This document shows positions 55,696-64,000 of a DNA stretch of 64,000 nt, in pieces; the first letter of the stretch is position 1, and each line of letters starts with the position of its first letter. A model generated the notes under the pieces. That model saw nothing but the letters and a program-made list of their open reading frames with translations. It was not told the DNA's origin and did not search any database. The position numbers and the translations under genes are program-made. The DNA lies in NCBI RefSeq assembly GCF_009914755.1, contig NC_060927.1. One strand, written 5' to 3'. This DNA is from the human T2T-CHM13v2.0 reference genome, Homo sapiens.

Positions 55696-56139
55696 TCACC
55701 TCGTTCACCATTCATTCACCCAACATAGAGTTATTGAGTGATAAAAATATACTAAGCATTGTGGACTTAGCCTGCATCCCGGTCTAGACGCTGTGAAAGA
55801 AGAAAGGAAAGGGATTGCTAAGTGCCTAAATATGACAGCAAGTGCTGACCATAAGCAAACACAATGCCTCCTTCAAGTGCAGCAAGAATTCTCCCAAGAA
55901 GGTATTCTTGTTCCCACTTTACAGACAACAAAACTGAGGTACAGAGAACACGCTCACTATCGTATTAGTAATGACAATTATTATCATTCATTGAGTGTTC
56001 ACTATACAGCAGGTGTTGGGCTAAGAGCTTCATAGGGATTAATCCACTGTCTTTCAGTGACTTTGAGGTGCCATAACTTATAAGACATGTCATTAATTCA
56101 AAAGAAAAAAATTATTATGAATTATCGTAGTAAGACACT

Positions 56140-56571
56140 TGTTATGGGTTAAATCGTGTCCCCTCAAAATTCCTGTATTGAAGTCCTAATCCCCAGTATC
56201 TCAGAATCTGACCTTATTTGGAAATAAAATCATTGGATGCAATTAGTTAAAATGAGGTCACACTGGAGTAGAGCAGACCCCTACTCCAACGTGACTTGTG
56301 TTCATATGAAAAGAACTTCAAGTGAAGACACACACACACACGAAGAACGCAATGTGAAGATTGGAGTTCTCCTGCCAGAAACTGAGGAGCTACCAGAAGC
56401 TCAGAGAAAAGCCTGGAACAGACCCTTCTCTAGCACCTTCAGAGGGATTGTGGCTCTGCATGCACCATGATCTCAGACTTCCAGCCTCCAGACCTGGGGG
56501 ACAATAAATTTCTGTTGTTGAAGCCTCTCAGTTTCTGGTACTTTGTAGAGCAGGCCTAGCAAACTACTGTA
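56140..56571 (+). mobile_element. MLT1B/C solo LTR
   Basis: tgttatgggttaaatcgtgtcccc...cctagcaaacta; TSD acact/acatt. Confidence 0.85.
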
Positions 56572-56805
56572 ACATTGTTGCTTGGAAGATGCATTTGAAT
56601 TATGAAATCTTAAAACATCAATTGTACAATCACTAGATAAGATTGTTTGATCTTTACAACAAATCTGCAAACCTACAAAACCTGACAAAACTAGCCCCAT
56701 TTTACAGATGGAGAAATTGGGGCACCAAATGCCTTATGTAATCCTCATGTTATGCACTGGTGGAGCCAGGACTCAATGCAATTCTGGGTTCTTAAAAATT
56801 GTCCT

Positions 56806-57206
<401 letters not shown>

Positions 57207-58392
57207 CTATTTAATTTTCAGGCCATTTAGAGTAACTAACAAAGTTTCATTTCCAAAGGGGAATGACCATCTATGCCCAAAGGAATTCTTCACTCTCTAT
57301 TGCTCTTCTAACTTCTATTACCAAAAACAATTCGAACTGTGGCACTTTGGCCAGATTTCTGCCGGGTGGCTCAAGTTCTGCATCAAGTCGTGGAGATTCC
57401 TCAGCCTGCCCCTTGGTGCAGTCCTAACCATAACATATCAGATCAGCACAGAGAGCTCCTCAAGGACCCAGCGGAAACACTGACAGAGGCCACAGTTTGC
57501 TCCTTCTGCACAATAAATGGGACACAAAGTCCCCAGAAGACTAAGCCAGAATGTTTTTGAAGTTTCCCAGATGGTTTAGGGGACATCTGTGTCATGGTCT
57601 GGCAACCCCGCTAAATTCTGAGCGAGCCATTCACCCTTTCATCACGTCTCCAATGTTCTTTTAATTCTGAGAAGCATCTTGAGAAATGTGCATTTGTGAC
57701 ACCCCCGAGGGATATTTCACTGAGCAAGGAATGGAGAAAATGTAAAAACCAGTGATTCCAGGGTTTTCGTTGAAGAGCTCATGACCAAGTGCAATGACTC
57801 CTGTGAACAAGGCTGATCAGAAACTGGTGTTTGCCAGTCTACCAACAGGAAAGCAGGCTTGGATGTTTGTTCATGCAATATTCTTGGTGCCTAGTGCAGA
57901 GCCTAGTACATAGGAAGCACTCAATAAATCTTGCAGAATTAATGAGAAAGGAAAGCTTCCTCTGTCTGAAGTTTTCCAGCCCCCTTGCTGTGTCTGAAAT
58001 TTTATCATTAAAAATTCATTCCTTTGGACTTAAATTAAAAGTCTGCTGGTAAAATGCACAACTTCTAAGAGGAGACAGACCTTCAGTACTGTGAATTTAT
58101 TCTCTCAACCAGGACTGAAAGTCAGACCTTTTAGAATAAGTGCTTCTCAAAGTGGCCCAAGAGGAGGACTGGGATGATCCCCTGGGGTATAGGAGAAAAA
58201 CATTCAGCTCTTATTTATGTTTACTTTTTCTCATTATTCTTAAATTTCTACTTGTGTGTGCTTTACAATGAAATAATATATACTGATTTAAGACACATAG
58301 ACTATTTGTAAGTGACACACAGCTGAGAGATTCTTCGTTGTTGTACTTTTTGGGTTTTTTGTTTTACAACTGAGGTACAGTCAAAAAATTAA

Positions 58393-58743
<351 letters not shown>

Positions 58744-59649
58744 GAGCTTAATGTTTTTTAAAGCAGGGAGATGAAATGGTTAAAGTCCATACTACAACTT
58801 TCTATTCTCCTGAGTTTTAAACCCCCCCAAAAAACTCATTGCACATTTCCTCCAACTATCTGGTTGCTTCTTTTGCTATTTCATGTTAAGTTGAACTAGC
58901 CATAGATTTGTATGCTTTACGAATTTTGGTCAAATGCATGGCTACCTGGGGTATACTTTTAAGGGTAGCAGTCCAGTTCTAAGCGGCCAATCGCATTCAT
59001 CTGCTCAAGGGTCAAGGGGGCTGACATTTTCCACATTTATGACTCTTTTGAGTTTCACACTGGAAAAAGGGTATTAAAAATAATGATTTAGAACATGCTG
59101 TGTGCCAATTGTGCATTGGCATCTGAAATATAAAAGAGAAAGTGAGGACATGGGGAAGAAGGGAGAGTTGAAGATTTCACTGTTCACTGGGGAACACAGG
59201 CATGTGAATATATGACTCTAAAATCCAGTATAATAGGTGCCTGATATGCAGTGGGTTTTTGGTAATTAGTGTTGATTAAATGAGGGGCTGAAAAAGGAGT
59301 TAAAGAGAAATAAGAAGTGTCTGGAGGCGCGAGAGGAACAAGTGCCTGGCTGGGTCTGATCAGGGCAGGGCGGACTCACAGAGTCACTGGCTTGTGGGTG
59401 GCAAGGTTCCAGGAATGACTTTGCCAGGCAGGGGGAAGAAGGTCATGGAGTTCCAGGTGTGAGATAAAGCACCAAACTTAAGAAGTCGAGTTTGCCCCCT
59501 TTTGTTTGTGAGCAGAATTTCACAAAAACCCTGACTCTGTGATGACATGCAGCTCTCCAGAAAAATGCTCTCAACATTGAACAGGCTATAGCACGCGGCC
59601 TCCTGCATCTCTTGCCTGAGTCATTGTATTCCTTAAAAGATGAATGATG

Positions 59650-62428
59650 AGAGGCTGAAGTGAAGTTACAAAGGTTACACACTGCCCTCTCCCTCCCCCT
59701 CCCCCTCCCCCTCCCCCTCTCCCTCTCCCCACGGTCTCCCTCTCCCTCTCTTTCCACGGTCTCCCTCTGATACCGAGCCGAAGCTGGACTGTACTGCTGC
59801 CATCTCGGCTCACTGCAACCTCCCTGCCTGATTCTCTTGCCTCAGCTTGCCGAGTGCCTGCGATTGCAGGCAGGCGCCGCCACGCCTGACTGGTTTTCGT
59901 ATTTTTTTGGTGGAGACGGGGTTTCGCTGTGTTGGCCGGGCTGGTCTCCAGCTCCTAACCGCGAGTGATCCGCCAGCCTCGGCCTCCCGAGGTGCCGGGA
60001 TTGCAGACGGAGTCTGGTTCACTCAGTGCTCAATGGTGCCCAGGCTGGAGTGCAGTGGCGTGATCTCGGCTCGCTACAACCTCCACCTCCCAGCCGCCTG
60101 CCTTGGCCTCCCAAAGTGCCGAGATTGCAGCCTCTGCCCGGCCGCCACCCCGTCTGGGAAGTGAGAAGCGTCTCTGCCTGGCCGCCCATCATCTGGGACG
60201 TGAGGAGCCCCTCTGCCTGGCTGCCCAGTCTGGAAAGTGAGGAGCGTCTCTGCCCGGCCGCCATCCCATCTAGGAAGTGAGGAGCACCTCTTCCCGGCCA
60301 CCATCCCATCTAGGAAGTGAGGAGCGCCTCTTCCCGGCCGCCATCCCATCTGGGAAGTGAGGAGCGTCTCTGCCTGGCCGCCATCCCATCTAGGAAGTGA
60401 GGAGCACCTCTTCCCGGCCACCATCCCATCTAGGAAGTGAGGAGCGCCTCTTCCCGGCCGCCATCCCATCTGGGAAGTGAGGAGCGTCTCTGCCCGGCCG
60501 CCATCCCATCTAGGAAGTGAGGAGCACCTCTTCCCGGCCACCATCCCATCTAGGAAGTGAGGAGCGCCTCTTCCCGGCCGCCATCCCATCTGGGAAGTGA
60601 GGAGCGTCTCTGCCCCGCCGCCCATCGTCTGAGATGTGGGGAGCGCCTCTGCCCGGCCGCGACCCCGTCTGGGAGGTGAGGAGCGTCTCTGCCCGGCCGC
60701 CCCGTCTGAGAAGTGAGGAGCCCCTCCACCCGGAAGCCGCCCCGTCTGAGAAGTGAGGAACGTCACCACCCGGCAGCCACCCCGTCCAGGAAGGAGGTGG
60801 GGGTCACCCACCGCCAGGCCAGCCGCCCCGTCCAGGAGGGAGGTGCGGGGGTCAGCTCCCCACCCGGCCAGCCGCCCCGTCCGGGAGGGAGGTGGGGGGG
60901 TCAGCCCCCCGCCCGGCCAGCCGCCCCCTCTGGGAGGTGGGGGGCGCCTCTGCCCGGCCGCCCCTACTGGGAAGTGAGGAGCCCCTCTGCCCGGCCAGCC
61001 GCCCCGTCCGGGAGGGAGGTGGGGGGGTCAGCCCTCTACCCTGCCAGCCGCCCCATCCGGGAGGGAGGTGGGGGTGTCAGCCCCCTGCCCGGCCAGCCGC
61101 CCCGTCCGGGAGGTGAGGGGCGCCTCTGCCCGGCCACCCCTACTGGGAAGTGAGGAGCCCCTCTGCCCGGCCAGCTGCCCCGTCCGGGAGGTGGGGGGCG
61201 CCTCTGCCCGGCCGCCCCTACTGGGAAGTGAGCAGCCCCTCTGCCCGGCCAGCCGCCCCGTCCGGGAGGGAGGTGGGGGGGTCAGCCCTCTACCCTGCCA
61301 GCCGCCCCATCCGGGAGGGAGGTGGGGGTGTCAGCCCCCTGCCCGGCCAGCCGCCCCGTCCGGGAGGTGAGGGGCGCCTCTGCCCGGCCACCCCTACTGG
61401 GAAGTGAGGAGCCCCTCTGCCCGGCCAGCCGCCCCGTCCGGGAGGTGGGGGGCGCCTCTGCCCGGCCGCCCCTACTGGGAAGTGAGGAGCCCCTCTGCCC
61501 GGCCAGCCGCCCCGTCCGGGAGGGAGGTGGGGGGGTCAGCCCTCTACCCGGCCAGCCGCCCCATCCGGGAGGGAGGTGGGGGTGTCAGCCCCCTGCCCGG
61601 CCAGCCGCCCCGTCCGGGAGGTGAGGGGCGCCTCTGCCCGGCCACCCCTACTGGGAAGTGAGGAGCCCCTCTGCCCGGCCAGCCGCCCCGTCTGGGAGGT
61701 GGGGGTGCCTCTGCCCGGCCGCCCCTACTGGGAGGTGAGGAGCCCCTCTGCCCAGCCAGCCGCCCCGTCCGGGAGGGAGGTGGGGGGGTCAGCCCCCTGC
61801 CCGGCCAGCCGCCCCGTCCGGGAGGTGAGGGGCGCCTCTGCCCGGCCACCCCTACTGGGAAGTGAGGAGCTCCTCTGCCCGGCCACCACCCCGTCTGGGA
61901 GGTGTGCCCGGCAGCTCAATGAGAACGGGCCATGATGACAATGGCGGTTTTGTGGAGTAGAAAGTGGGGAGAGGTGGGGAAAAGAGTGAGAAATCGGATG
62001 GTTGCCGTGTTTGTGTAGTAGGAGGTAGACATGGGAGACTTTTCATTTTGTTCTGTACTAAGAAAAATTCTTCTGCCTTGGGATCCTGTTGATCTGTGAC
62101 CTTACCCCCAACCCTGTGCTCTCTGAAACATGTGCTGTGTCCACTCAGGGTTAAATGGATTAAGGGCGGTGCAAGATGTGCTTTGTTAAACAGATGCTTG
62201 AAGGCAGCATGCTCGTTGAGAGTCATCACCACTCCCTAATCTCAAGTACCCAGGGACACAAACACTGCGGAAGGCCGCAGGGTCCTCTGCCTAGGAAAAC
62301 CAGAGACCTTTGTTCACTTGTTTATCTGCTGACCTTCCCTCCACTATTGTCCTGTGACCCTGCCAAATCCCCCTCTGTGAGAAACACCCAAGAATGATCA
62401 ATAAAAAATAAATTAATTTAAAAAAAAA
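59650..62428 (+). mobile_element. Full-length SVA (D/E-type): 35-nt 5' extra, CCCTCT hexamers from 59685, Alu-like region, VNTR about 60130-61900, SINE-R, poly-A
   Basis: All SVA domains in order; perfect 15-bp TSD aaaagatgaatgatg at 59635-59649 and 62429-62443; TT/AAAA endonuclease site. Confidence 0.98.
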
Positions 62429-62715
62429 AAAAGATGAATGATGGTAATCCTTGCCTTGCCCTATAGGTAAGATAACGTCTGGCTTGGGGGCGGGGTGTTG
62501 TGATTATGCCTCTGCAATCTGTCATCAGATGCACTCTCACACCCAAACTTTGATGTGATTTTGAACGCCCTGAATCTTCACCACCTGTATATAAACTGTG
62601 AATGGGAATACTGCATTGCAGAAGCAACTCTGACAGCGCTGTTCCCAGCCTATAGGCCTCTGTCTATAGCCCTCAGCAAGATTTCTGAATAGAACTAACT
62701 TTAATTCATTAAGGT

Positions 62716-63021
<306 letters not shown>

Positions 63022-63378
63022 TTAAGAGGCTCAATTCTTTTTTCTTTAGTCAACATAGGCAAAGGAACACTTTGATGAGACGGGAGATACAGTGGGAGCC
63101 ATCAGCCTCACTTTCTTACTCTAGTCACCAAGTGGTGCTCATCCAAAGGGGAGGAAATGGGGGATGCGGCCACTCAGGTTGCACTGCTGAGGAGTGTTGG
63201 AGCTGGGATGCTGCCTGACTCAAGAGAGAGATGGAGCCACAGACACATGGAGGCAAACTGAAGAAAGACAGATAAAGGAGGCAGCTTTTCAGGAATGCGA
63301 CCCCGGGGTTGGGGAAGGTGGAGAAGAAGGGAGGGAAAACTTGAGGCCTTGCACTCAGCTTTGACAACAACCTCATTC

Positions 63379-63397
63379 AACCACTAGATGTCACCAA
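63379..63397 (+). promoter_or_regulatory. Possible CTCF core motif
   Basis: CCACTAGATGTCACC vs consensus CCASYAGRKGGCRS; no upstream motif. Confidence 0.4.
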
Positions 63398-63599
63398 ACA
63401 CAAAACCCGTTAGAAACGGAGAAATGAAGCCAAGGAATCTTGATCCCAAAGAATTCCTGGACTCAGCCCTGGAAAAGTCTTAAAGCTAAGGAATGTGGCA
63501 TGCAGATCACTCTAGGTAAAGCAGGACTGACTTTTATAACTGTCACCAAAGGAGACGCCACATCTCTGGTGTCCTGGCGCCTGCATCTCAAACACACAG

Positions 63600-63770
63600 C
63601 ATCTTAGTTAATTCTCAGAACATGCCCGGCAGGGCAGGACCACCACTATCCCCATTTCACAGGTGGGAGCACTGAGGGCCCAAGAGGTTGTTACCTCCTC
63701 AAGTCCACACAGCTAGGAAGGGGCTGAACTAGGATTGCAGCCAGGACTCTCTGACTTTCCACCTGGGCTC
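63600..63770 (-). mobile_element. MIR
   Basis: atccccatttcacaggtgggagcactgaggg..cacacagctaggaag. Confidence 0.8.
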
Positions 63771-64000
63771 TTTCATCTATACCATGACATCTATCCCAGG
63801 GACATGACCCGCTACCACCATTACAGAAACACCACAGCCACAGGTTCCAAGGCAGACCAGGGCATTTCTTTAGTTCATTAAACTCCATTATTCTAATATA
63901 ATTACTCCTTGATTTTACAGCAGCAAATTATAATAGCCAGTAGTGGAGAACAGTAACCTGGATTGCCAGAAACAGCAGAAGGTTTTGGTTTGGGTTTGTT

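Noticed and set aside
59810-62397. Many overlapping Pro/Gly/Arg-rich ORFs up to 245 aa
   Set aside because: Artefact of the stop-poor GC-rich SVA VNTR and Alu-like region

Overview
This is great-ape (probably human) non-coding genomic DNA: the SVA and L1PA3-type elements restrict it to hominids. I found no recognisable host protein-coding exon, RNA gene or CRISPR array. The only real ORF is the C-terminal 605 codons of LINE-1 ORF2 in a 5'-truncated L1 (11566-13669). The other ORF-track entries are chance or repeat-derived frames. Much of the window is layered, often nested, transposable-element debris: L1 (L1PA/L1PB/L1M/HAL1), L2, MIR, about 10 Alus, many MaLR/ERVL/ERV1 LTRs (two of them LTR-internal-LTR proviruses), DNA transposons (Tigger3, MER20, MER30, MER81, MER91, MADE1, MARNA) and a full-length SVA. 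I do not see a new gene system. The most interesting signals are structural. (1) The SVA carries 35 nt of foreign DNA inside its perfect 15-bp TSD (5' transduction) and splits an ERV1 LTR promoter. (2) The young L1 carries a 17-nt 3' transduction between two A-tracts. (3) An ancient L1M fragment sits inside a younger Tigger3, which suggests an old ~570-bp transduction. (4) An 11-copy 50-bp minisatellite arose from L2 sequence and repeats a kappaB-like palindrome. (5) One MaLR provirus has two discordant LTRs, one carrying a ~390-bp AT expansion. (6) There is a strong CTCF site that includes the upstream ZF9-11 motif. Subfamily names come from recalled consensus sequences, and boundaries of old elements are approximate. 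Both need RepeatMasker/Dfam confirmation.
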